Shown: positions 11,451 to 22,254 of the stretch, one piece after another
Position numbering within the stretch: position 1 is the stretch's first letter
Layout of the letters: every line of letters begins with the position of its first letter
Assembly: GCA_008632985.1 (NCBI GenBank)
Contig: QPGO01000138.1
Coordinates: 62,001-126,000, forward strand
Direction of reading: 5' to 3'
From: Psammoneis japonica
Taxonomy: Eukaryota
Length of the DNA: 64,000 nucleotides
Made by a program: the position numbers and the translations under genes
Notes under the pieces: model-generated
The model's database searches: none
The model's input: only the letters and a program-made list of their open reading frames with translations
What the model was told of the DNA's origin: nothing

Positions 11451-12614
11451 CTATCCATTTTGAACACTCCGTGTTTCACAATCATGCATCAATGGCTCTC
11501 GATCCGTCACGCCAATACGAGCTTGTTTCATCTCACCTGTCCTCCTCCCGAAAAGCCAGCGAGTGTTGTCGAGGATAACCTGAATTGCATACCAAAATCC
11601 GTATTGTATGAATGTTTCTGATACATCAGGCTTCATAGGTTTGAACGTTGTATCCACTGGGTTGCGAGAATGGATTATTATATCTGGTATAAACATAGTA
11701 AGAAGCAAATTAGCCCTCTGCGTCATGAACGCTGCACGCCTGGAATTCTCCACAACCATGTGTCCTCGCTCCAGTTTGTTCCGTTGATAATCCTCGTCTT
11801 CTTGTTTCAAAAACTATCAACATTGACATGAGGCAATTTCTTCCCTCGCTTGCGTCATGACAGCGCACCCTCCTCGTGTCTCAATTGGTCATTTAAAATC
11901 CCAAATCACGAGTTCTTTCCACTTAGGCGCCGTTCTTTTAGTTGAGAAGGCAATCTGTCCCTAAAGTTCAAAAACTTGAACGATTTCCCTTTTATCAAGA
12001 GTTACAGGCATTTGGAGCTCATAGATTGGTTCACCGCAGTCCGTGTATTTCTTTTCAAAATTGGTCCACAGAACTTTGCATGTATCGCTCTTGGACACTG
12101 GAACTGGTTCTCTCGACAAGGAATGAACGTATCCTTGTGCATAGTCTTCGTCACTGTCTTGCATTGCATCACTTGCGTATATTGGATGGAACAGTGCAAA
12201 CTCTTGCAGAAATCCCTCCCAATTGGAACGAACCATAATGTCTATCCACCGAGTTTCAAAATCAGCGGCATTGCTGGATGCGCATACCAACGATGATTCT
12301 TGAGTCTAGCCTTTTACGGATAAGGATTCGGATGCAACAGAAAATGCTTATCCAAGGTCCATCTTTTGTCATTGACACAACATCTCCAAAAGTCAGACAA
12401 CTCGGCTCGCACCAAAACCACGCATTGGGTAAACCCGACACACGCTGTACTGCTGCAGCGGCAGCTGGAGTAGCAAGCATCAGAATATCTTGAGCTTCAA
12501 AGTGTTCATTGCGGCTGAGCCGTGCAAGAGATTTGTCGTCAATTCCAATCACAAAATAGTCGGGATACAATTTTCCCAAGACGAGTGTGGATTTTGCCGC
12601 ACCACATCCGCCAT
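11451..12614 (-). pseudogene. Fragmented hypothetical coding region (three ORF pieces)
   Basis: ORFs 12262-12579, 11961-12290 and 11451-11810 have protein-like composition on the same strand; no recognised domain. Confidence 0.3.
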
Positions 12615-13358
12615 CATAGCATGAATGGTGGCAATAACCTGGTAACCAACATTATCGCCATTTCACATTGGCCGCGCAGTACGAACGGTGGCAACTTGGT
12701 AACCTTATCGCCATTGTGGATTGTGGATTGGCGGCTTCTCCGTACGTGTATGTGTCGTGTGTGTGTCAAGGCGGCAGAGGCGCGCGCAGCGGATCGCGGA
12801 CGGGCGCGCCCGCGGCGCGGAGGAACAGAGGCGGGCGTACGTCCGTCAGGCGCGCGACCCATCCATCGTGGGATTCATTCATTCGTGTCAGAAAAGCGTT
12901 ATTCTGTGCCGTTGGAAACGGTCTTACTATCAAAGAATACAATTGATTTATATTAATTAACTTATACATATCGAAAACAATTTTTCATGTGTAAAGCTTC
13001 TACAAAACTGATATTGTCCGTAGGAGTCGTACTGGGATCTACGGGGAGTGGTCTTCTCAAACCGTTTTTCTGTCACACATGACAAGAAACGTTGCCCACA
13101 TTTTCGGCGGACGGGACCACACGCACGAGAGAGGTGGTGTGGTGTTGATCACACACGACAGCAACAACGGGCGATTTCACTTCTTGCCATCACAAACACG
13201 CAACAGATAGGATTGATCAGCTGTAACCGACGTGGTGAATCCTTGTTAGCGATATTGGTGAGAGTATTTGTCTTCGTCATTGCCGAGTGACAGCGACGTG
13301 ACAAACGACAAGAGCACAACCGCAACGCCTGTGTCAAGATAAGCAGAAACGACTCGTC

Positions 13359-14852
13359 ATGACGGAGAGTCTAGGTTCCAATCGTCCTTCGGGATTTGCA
13401 CAGATTTGGAGAGTTTGGAGACATTGTTGTTGTGTCTATGGATGGTATCCCATTATTGTAGCGCCCATTGTAACGGCAGCCGCTCTGTTAGACGTTTACT
13501 CGACAATCGGATGCAAGTTTATAAATCTCGATGTTGGATTCACGCCATCCAACCTCGCATGGAATCAAAGTACTGTGGATCTGGGATTGTTCTCTCTAAG
13601 CATGGACGATGTTGTAGAGGAGAACCAAGCATTGAAGGACGTATTTGCTGAAGGCTGTCACGACTATCCATCGGAGTTTGAAGACTTTTTCATCAGTGGC
13701 GACAAAACGTGGACTGCAGCACGAATCATGGCAATCATTTCGGCTAGTGCTGGACTTCTCGCAACGGTAAGTCATGCTCAATTCACTGATACCATTTCCT
13801 GTTTCCTGTTTGCCAGTTCGATTGCACGTCTTTCATCTGTTGCACATTCAATCTCATGTTTGCCACTACTCGCATTGACACGACTGCAGTTGACAGCGTG
13901 GTTGATTGTCATTACGCCGCTCCCGGCTCGCTTCTTCTGGCCTGCAGTATTACTACCTTCGATCATGGTTGGGTTCCTTGCACAGGGTTCAAAGTTTCTC
14001 TTCTTTGATACAAAGATTTGCCAGGGGTACGTGTGGTTTCCATTTGGCGAAAATGCAATCCCACGAACGGCAAATTCTTGTACGCTTGGTAGTACTGGAA
14101 TCTATGCCATTGCTGCCGGAGCTGTGTACTTTGTGGCGCTGCTTTTCGTCTGTCTAAAGACGCCTGAAAAGAGACACCTGCTGGAATACTATGGGAAAAT
14201 GGACAATGAAGTGGACGACGACCTAAGATTGGAGCCCGAAGCCGTTTCGTCCGTTGATGCTTCCAGTGACGAAGAATCTCCGTATTTCGCTCCCGTTGTT
14301 CCACTTCCACTTGACTTGGCTAAAACAGATTCCAGCAAGGAGGAGATATACGAAGCATCTGATGGGATCGGCAGTCTTCGAAGCGAAGAGTTCTTAACGA
14401 AGAGTTCGGATTCAAACGTTTCAATGCCAGAGATCGAAAAGAACCTTACAAAAAAAGAAAGTGTAAGCGACTACGACTGTGTTCCTGGAACGATGGATGC
14501 AATTACCGACGACGATGAAGACAATGAGAATGAGCCAGACACACGAGATGACGTTGTGAGCGGTGTGACAGGGAAGTCGGAAAAGCGACTGGACTCTGAC
14601 GCGGATGGCCTTTCGCCTAAGACAATCTCCGAGGAAGGAGAAGAAGAAGATGATGATGATGAAGAAAGAGGATACTTACCCCGCAAAACCGAGATGAAGC
14701 CATCAGAATCGCGACTGTCGAAGAGAGAGAAGATGGAAGCAGAAACGGCAAATGAAGAGCTAATTGACAGGTTTGTTCTCGAATTCGATAAGTCTTTTGC
14801 AGCCGACGATGACTCGGCGCGTGAAAGCATCTCAACCATGGCAAGTTTTTAA
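13359..14852 (+). CDS. Multi-pass (about 4 TM) membrane protein with an acidic disordered C-tail; one probable in-frame intron ~13767-13889
   Basis: Hydrophobic segments (IIVAPIVTAAALL, IMAIISASAGLLA, AVLLPSIMVGFLA, IYAIAAGAVYFVALLFV); gtaagt donor at 13767 and ctgcag acceptor near 13889. Confidence 0.8.
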   Translation: MTESLGSNRPSGFAQIWRVWRHCCCVYGWYPIIVAPIVTAAALLDVYSTIGCKFINLDVGFTPSNLAWNQSTVDLGLFSLSMDDVVEENQALKDVFAEGCHDYPSEFEDFFISGDKTWTAARIMAIISASAGLLATVSHAQFTDTISCFLFASSIARLSSVAHSISCLPLLALTRLQLTAWLIVITPLPARFFWPAVLLPSIMVGFLAQGSKFLFFDTKICQGYVWFPFGENAIPRTANSCTLGSTGIYAIAAGAVYFVALLFVCLKTPEKRHLLEYYGKMDNEVDDDLRLEPEAVSSVDASSDEESPYFAPVVPLPLDLAKTDSSKEEIYEASDGIGSLRSEEFLTKSSDSNVSMPEIEKNLTKKESVSDYDCVPGTMDAITDDDEDNENEPDTRDDVVSGVTGKSEKRLDSDADGLSPKTISEEGEEEDDDDEERGYLPRKTEMKPSESRLSKREKMEAETANEELIDRFVLEFDKSFAADDDSARESISTMASF

Positions 14853-15009
14853 ATGAACGAGCTTTGATCGACACTTTTCTATTGTGCTGCGAACAAGAAT
14901 ACTTATCTCACATAATCACAGAATGGGAAATAGACAATCACTCTCACTAGTATGGCTACATTCCATGATGTACCTTTTAGTAGCAGCTGAACATAAATTA
15001 CGTATCAAT

Positions 15010-16184
15010 CTAGTACAACGCGCGAACACCAGTGTCATCGTATTGTTCACCTGGCATCTTGATAACCTCCCCGTCATCATCAATAAATTCGCTCTTTTTC
15101 TGAAGAATGAATCTCTCAAAGAACTTTGTCAAGATTCTATCTGTTGTGAGAAATTCAACGCTGCCACCGTTCGTCGTGGTTGACAGAATCTTTGGGACGA
15201 GATCCGCGGCAACCTCCTCTGGCTGAGCAGCCAATACTCCAAAGGGAAATTTGCGAAGCTCAGGTGTGGAATCATCCAGGAGAAGCTTTGTAAAGACCAT
15301 ACCAGGCGAGAGACTGTGGACCTGAATCGTGCCGGGGAACTCCTTTTTCTCGTACCCTTGCACACCCTTGTCCAATTCATCCACAAGACTAGCGGTAAGT
15401 TGTGGAAGACCACGTTTCGTAGCCCCATAGCATGCATAACCGGGGGTTCCTCCTCCTTTAACACCACTTCCCACGGTATTGAAAATGTGACCCGTGACTC
15501 CAGCCTATAAATGAATCAAAAGACAACGTTCAGATTCAGTGAAGAAGCAAAGATGAAAAGGCTTGCAAAATACCGCGTTCAGGTGATTAGGCGCAAAGAG
15601 GCCAGCATGTAACAAAAGCTCTGCTCAAGAAAGAAACGTACCTGTTGGGACATAATGTCCATTGCAACTTTGGAGCAGAGAAGAGTTCCAAGTAGGTTAA
15701 CCTTGACGACGAGCTCCACTTGGTTGACAGGAACATCCATCAATGCTCTTCTTCCGCCGTTTACTCCTGCATTGTTGATCCAGTAACCAATGGTACCTAG
15801 TTTTTCCTTGGCAAAACTTCCGAGCTTCTCTACACTTGCGTTATCCGAGACGTCGCACTTGGTATGGAAAACGGCGCCGTTGGGGTGGCGATCCGTGAGA
15901 GCCTTGGCTGCAGCTGAGCAATCTTTTACATCACAAATGACAACGTTGTAGCCACGATCCATGAATTCACCCGCATAGGCAAATCCCACGCCTCCAGCGG
16001 CACCTGTAATCACCACACCAGGTTCGCTCGCTGACATTTTCAACAAAGAATCGCTACGAGACGACCCAAAGGTTCGCTTGGAAAACAGTGGCTTGGACGT
16101 CGTGACGAATGCATGAGCCCGCTCTGACGACAACGCGACAACGACTGAGATGACGGCAAGTAGAACACGGGAGGATTTAGTCAT
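15010..16184 (-). CDS. Plastid-targeted short-chain dehydrogenase/reductase, chlorophyll(ide) b reductase NOL/NYC1-like; intron 15505-15641
   Basis: VVITGAAGGVG Rossmann motif, WINNAG, YGATK (YxxxK), LSPGMVFTKLL; signal peptide + AHA|FV presequence; gtacgt...ttatag intron joins the two ORFs in frame. Confidence 0.85.
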
Positions 16185-16683
16185 TGTTTTTTACAATTTC
16201 GCTGCCTGCTAATCGACACTACTGTACGTTCTCTGTGGCATAGGCGGTGTTTTCGAGAAAGGGATTTGAGATTGATCCAGCGAATGAGGCGTGATTGATG
16301 ATGAGGATGCGGCTGTGATTGATCGGAGGGAACGGCCGGGGAGCTGCAAGTTCAACTTGCCGCCGACAATTGAAAACTGGCCGTATGTTCTCTACAGAAG
16401 GCAAGGTACGCAGCATCTACTGGCCACGTGTACTGAGTCCAAAGGATACCGCAAAGCTACACGAGGAACGTGAGAAGTACAGACCGTATGTAGAAGCTAC
16501 GTTGGATGCCAGTACAGACCTGCCGTTACCGGAGGTCTGTCTTAAGTAGGGAATTTTGGCGGGAAAGCAAACCATGACTGAACCAAGTTGTCTTCAAAGT
16601 TCAGGTGGGACTACCCGCCACGATATCATCCATCATTGCAAGCATCACAAGTTCACTCATCATTGCGACTGCTCTACATCAAG

Positions 16684-17833
16684 ATGAACTATTCGAAGGA
16701 CTCCAAGAGTAAGCCTCAATTGGACCCGATGCCACAACTTCTCTTCCCAGTGAGAACTTTCAATGGCGAAGAAAGTGAAACGGCAGCGCTCTCCCAGGGA
16801 GACAATGGTAACAGAGAGAATAAATCCGTTTCTTGGGTGGGAATGAATCCCCTTGAAATGATTGAGAGCCTTGCTGCCGCTACCGAACAACGCGAGAGCC
16901 TCCAGTGGGGCTACACGACCCCTCTCGTCGTCGACCAGGTTCAGCTGTCGTCAAAGCAACCAGTTCCGCTCACGCCCAAAGCCCACACAAGAAAAGCATC
17001 TGCAACTTTCGACTTTAATGTGTCCAAACGCGAGGTCGAAGACAGTCACAAACGCCGCAGGCTCCTGGATGGCTTGGTTTCAACTCAGGAAGTGCAGCCT
17101 CGGTTTTGGGTCCATGGGACCTATCATTCATCCAGGAGCGTGATGTGGATACAGCCGCATTGGCCGGTAGAATTCTCTTTCTTGGTAGGACTTTGGAGTC
17201 CATCTCTACGTTCCAGGATGTCGCTCTGTCGTATGGTCGCGTACGAGACCATTTTGCAGGCTCGTACTATGGAATCCAGCACCACTACTCTCAGCCGGTG
17301 TACGGAAACTATGCCACGCACCAAGCATTCGAGAAGAAGGTGCAACTAGAACGGTTGTTTCATGAAACTTCTCGAAAGCTGGAGGAAATTATTGACATGG
17401 CACGCAACAGGGAATCGTATAAAGCCTTTGCTGCTCAAGCCGAAACATCCCACTTTGTCAGCGATCCGCCACCTCAGCCATTCCCAATGGTTCAAAGCGC
17501 CAACCTCAGAAAAAGGGAGAGCTCAAGGAGTACATGACGAATTGGCTCCGCGATAATTGGACCAATCCTTATCCGGACGAGGCGTTGCTCGAGAGCATGG
17601 CCCGTGACTGCGGTGAATCGCCCAAGATTGTCAACAACTGGCTTATTAATAACCGGGTTCGCAAGTGGCGAAAGGCGATCGAAGAAGCCATGGCTTTGAA
17701 ACGGCCCGCTTCGCTCTTGCTGGAAGACTCCATTAATATCTTTGACAAGAAGAAACTCCGCCCGTTGCCACCAGGTACGACTATGTCGTCTCCCACGGTT
17801 CACAAGAACGACTACCCGGGCAACGGTCATTAA
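16684..17833 (+). CDS. TALE-class homeodomain transcription factor (two apparent -1 frameshifts)
   Basis: WLRDNWTNPYPDE...IVNNWLINNRVRKW has the PYP loop and W-x-x-N-x-R of TALE homeodomains; upstream ORFs join through frameshifts near 17105 and 17500. Confidence 0.8.
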
Positions 17834-18080
17834 GAGAGCGAGAGTGGCTACCTAGGGATAAGGGTCAGAGCCATAGTTTGTGATTGGATGCGTCCACCAC
17901 TGTTGACACGTGATAATAAGTTTGTAGCGGATGAGTAACGTCACACAAGAAGAGGGCGACAATACATGATAACATAACGTACTTTAGTGTCGGTTACGGG
18001 GTTTGACCTCACGTTTACCACATTCTCGAAATCTAAACGAGTTTCTTCGAGGCATCTAATTTTCTATATTGAGCGCCACT

Positions 18081-19473
18081 TTAGCTCACCCACAGTCCAG
18101 AATCCACGCAGTTTTTCATGTGACGTTCTGCTTCTTCCGGATCCATTTCCATCAACGCTGCCTTGAGCTGTTCCACGTCCCGGGATTCGAAAGCCTCCTG
18201 CATACTTTCCGGAAGGGTTTCAATCACTTCAAGCGGATCCAAACCTCCAGGTCCTAATCTTTCCTCGCGCGGAATGTCTTTCAAATCCACAGCATCTTCG
18301 TCAACAACAGCCCTGCTTTCTCGCTCTCGATCAATCTCTTTCTTCTTGGTTACGGCACGGGCAATGATTTTTTGCACAAACCCCTCGACTCCCTGCGTAA
18401 ATCCCGCCAAGAATTCGGGTTGTTTCATTCGTTCAAAAAAGGGCACAATGACATTACCGGGATGCTGTCCAAGACTCTTGGCCAGCTCGGCAATGTTGGA
18501 AATGATTTGCGATTGTCGTGCCGTGAGTCGCATTTTCTCGCGTTCTCCATTCATTTCATCCTCCAACGAGGCCAAGAGCAAGTAGTTGGATGCATTCTCT
18601 TGCATTAAAACGTCACCGTGCAACAGCATAAAGTCCTTGCACTTTTCATAATCCCGGATCTTCATGAATTCTTCCAAGAGATCCGCGTACTTGTCGGTAA
18701 ACTCGGGATACGTCAGCATCACGCCCGCGTCCACATCTGGCCCGACTTTCATTTCCATTTCACTAGCCTTTATAATTTCGGCGGTCTTTTTGACTTTGGA
18801 TGATACCGCTGGCGCTGCGGCAGGCTTTTTGTCTTCCTCCTCTTCTTTAATTCAGGCGCTGCTGCGGCTTTCTTAGTTTCAGCAGCAGGTTTTGTGGCTG
18901 CAGGTTGCTTTTCATCATCATCCGGTAGAGCATACCCAGTAGATGAGAATTTCTTTTCCGCTGCGTGTGGATTAATTATAGTGCGTTCTTCTGCGACATG
19001 GCAAATGTTATCCACGTTCCACTTTTTGTGCTTTTCATAATCATCCAACTTCTCACGTCGTTTTTTGTTTTCGTTTTTCAATTCCTCCAGCTCTGCTTTA
19101 AGACCTTCTTGATCATCAATATCTTCATCGTCGTCATCATCATCACTATCGTCTTGAGCTGCCTCCATTAGCTTCTTGAGACGAAACTCAGTTCCTTGAT
19201 GCGCTGATCGTTCTTGGCCATCTGAAAACAGCCATAAGAAAATTGTGAAGTGTAAACTTGAATTTTTCGTATTCAACATCAACATTCAATAGAAAATAAA
19301 GCATACCTCTCCTCGAATCTTCGTCTTGTCTGCTTCTTCCTTTTCTTCTCGTTCGACACGGCTGCGATGCTTGAGTCGAAACCATGATTCACGATCAATG
19401 TTGGATGGACATCCTCCTCATCATCACTGAGTTCGATGTTGTCCCACTTGGAATAATCAAACGGCTTGCTCAT
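18081..19473 (-). CDS. CDC37: Hsp90 co-chaperone Cdc37; intron 19222-19306; three apparent single-base deletions
   Basis: MSKPFDYSKWDNIELSDDEEDVHP(NIDRESWFRLKH), KWNVDNI and GPGGLDPLEVIETLP...AFESRDVEQLK...CVDSGLWV are Cdc37 hallmarks. Confidence 0.93.
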
Positions 19474-19539
19474 GGTGGCGAATGCTTTCTGCTCTTTTGT
19501 GTGCGGTGCTGTTTTTTTTTTGCGCAGGAAAACGCGATG

Positions 19540-21620
19540 TGATCGCGCGTTCACGTGCCAGGACAAACGTCCCACACACACATCCATGATGACGCGACAT
19601 GCATGTGAATAAAAGAAATGGATGCATGCACTTGGCATGCATCGACGTGGATAACGTCAACAGCATGAGTGAAACAAAATGCACATTTAATTCTTGATGT
19701 TCATGGGCTTGCAAAGACTTTCAAAAATTGCCAGATGTCTTGAGACATCTGAAGAGATCACAGCATCTGCCTCACACAGCGAGATCTCTCGTCAAAGCAA
19801 TGGGCGAGGTGGTCAAAGTCGAGAGGCAAGGGGGTGAGGGGTTGGGCACTCAGAGTGTTGAATGACATAAGTCCCCAACCTGTGCTGAACTGTTGTGCTT
19901 GCACATCACCTGTTGCTGGAGAGACAGCCAAAATGCAAGAACGCAGCATGTGCTGGTGGCAATGTTTTCTCTCAAATGTCCGCAGACTGGACAAAGGAAA
20001 ACAGTGGATGTCACAAAAACAGAGCAGCTGTCAACAAAATGGAGCTCAAAGATGAGGAGTCAACACCATTGAAGTTTCATTCATGATGCAATGTCACTGC
20101 TTTTGTTGGCAGTGACAAAGTGCAAGAGACGCTGCCACTGCTTCTGCAAAAGCTGCTGTTGTGGGTGACAAGCAAGAGCCTGTCAAAAATTCTTCCACTT
20201 TCTGCCTTGAACATGAGCACTCATATGCTGGAAGAAATGCACACTTCACACACACCAACACACAACTGAAGAAGTTCCCTTTTGCCATCCTGAATTCTCT
20301 GTTTGACTCAGTGACCAACTTTGGGTTGTTGACCTTGAACGACCCACCTGCCAGCACAGAGCAAGCAAAAGTGAAGAATTCTCCAGCACAGCAGCTTCTT
20401 AAGTCAATTGGTGTTCTGAAGTGCGCTGCAGCTGGCTGCCCACAGCACACTGGTTCTTTCTGTGGTTCTTGTGCAGCTGAGACAGGAAACACCTCACTGA
20501 GGAATGGCTGGGGGCACTCAAATCAAATCAACTCAAGCTCACCAGGCAAGTTGCCAAGAAGACAGTGGCTTTGGATGCAGCAGCCAGCTGCTGCTTGTTC
20601 TCTGAGTGTGTGCACACTGGAGTGGAAGAGAGGCTTGTCCCAACTTTGTGCCTTTGCTGCCCTCACCTGCAGCAAGAAGCAACTCAGCTGCCATTGCCAT
20701 GCAACATGACAGGGAGCCAATGACCACACTTGAGACAAAACCCATGCTCAAGGAACAAGAAAAATGCAAATGAGTGCCAGCCACACCAGCGCACCTGACT
20801 GCAACCATTTCAAGATGCTGAGATCCTTGTCAGCAAATTTAAAAGTGACAAATCTCTTTTTTAAATGCGCCAAACAAAAACCATTCCATGCCTTGGATGG
20901 TCCAGAGTGGAGCATCCTTGAAACAACAACAACAAACTGGCAAACACAACACACGGCAATGACCCAAAAATGAGCAACAAAACAATTTTTCATGATGCCA
21001 AGAGAGCCGTTTGCCAAGCTCCAGCACATGCACAAGATGAACAGGACAAAATGGATGTGCGATTTGGCGCTGCCTCTCCATCAAAAAACAAGAACAAATC
21101 AAGAAAGAATGGGAAACCCCTCTCTGAAAGGCTGGGCATTTGAGTTGAACCAACTTGTCGGGCAAGTCACCAAGAAAACAGCAGCGTCAGATGCAGCAGC
21201 TGCTTCTGAAATGTTGTGTGCATTAGAATGGAAGAGGGAACTGCCTTTGTGCCAACAAGGAATGAAACATCCTTCAACAGGAAAGCTTTTCCTTTCAATT
21301 GGAACTTTGACAAGAACACATCTGCAGTTGTTTGGTGCCTGAAATGGAGTCAAGGCTGCTTTGATGTGGCCTTCCATGCAAAAAGACTCTGGTGATGCTG
21401 CAGTTTACAAGACAGGATGATCACTTGCTGCAGCTCCAGTTCATTGTGCAGCTTCGCAAGGCCATCTTTTACATGTCAAAGCCAGTTGATAACACAGTGC
21501 ACACTGCAGTCCTTGAGGGCGACGTGAAAAAGTTCAGGTTCAAGGCTGCTGAAGGGACCGGAAGCAGCAACTGTGAAATGGAGCACAGTGTAAAGATTTG
21601 TCACACTTTGCACATCACCA
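19540..21620. other. Hypermutated domain B (CpG/TpA-depleted)
   Basis: TA and CG rare; grades back to normal composition at ~21.6-21.8 kb. Confidence 0.8.
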
Positions 21621-21835
21621 ATGTGAACAACGGTTGGATGTGCAGTCGCCCTTTTGTGTGCTGGCGAAGATGCGACCTTCAACTACGGGCAGAATACAGG
21701 AAAGTCTTGAGCTTTCTAGATGCTACACGATTGCCACAAACAATGATGCAAGGTTTCCACCGGGTTCTGCTTTGTCTACCGCGCGGAAGAAGAGGAAGGA
21801 ATAGACATGGAGTCTCTGTCGCCCATTGTCCTTGA
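20850..21835 (+). pseudogene. Decayed Crinkler-like / restriction-endonuclease-fold gene
   Basis: Remnant motifs GWAFELNQL, VWCLKWSQGCFDVAF and LLQFTRQDDHLLQLQ resemble the W...NQ..FD...Q.T....H pattern of CRN-type REase domains; split across frames. Confidence 0.4.
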
Positions 21836-22254
21836 GTCGATCAACTCTTTTGCCGTGGTGGGTTGACGGGCTTTGGCATGAAGTATAGCAAAATTTTGAT
21901 GCACCAAAACGTGATACGCGTACTACAGTCTGTGCATGCGTACTTGCTTACAGAATGACTGTAGTCTACTTCATTTCAACCATTAGTATTATATCTATAC
22001 CAGGTAAGCTCTAGAGATGGAATGGGCGTGGGGAACAGCCGATTACGGCCATGAGAAGGGGATAAGCTTACTGTCATACCGTAGATCATCAGCGACTATG
22101 AGTCCAGCAGGTTCAGCGGCCACTCGGATGGATTTCTTTAACAATTCTGTATCATGGAGAGATTGTCGCCGTTGTCAACAACACTTGCCACAACAGGCTC
22201 CCATCTTAAACTGGTGTCTTGTCAATTCGTACATGCACCTGCATCATACATCTT

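Noticed and set aside
18081..19473. Programmed frameshifting or RNA editing in CDC37 and neighbours
   Set aside because: No shared slippery site; homopolymer-shortening sequence error is more parsimonious until reads are checked.
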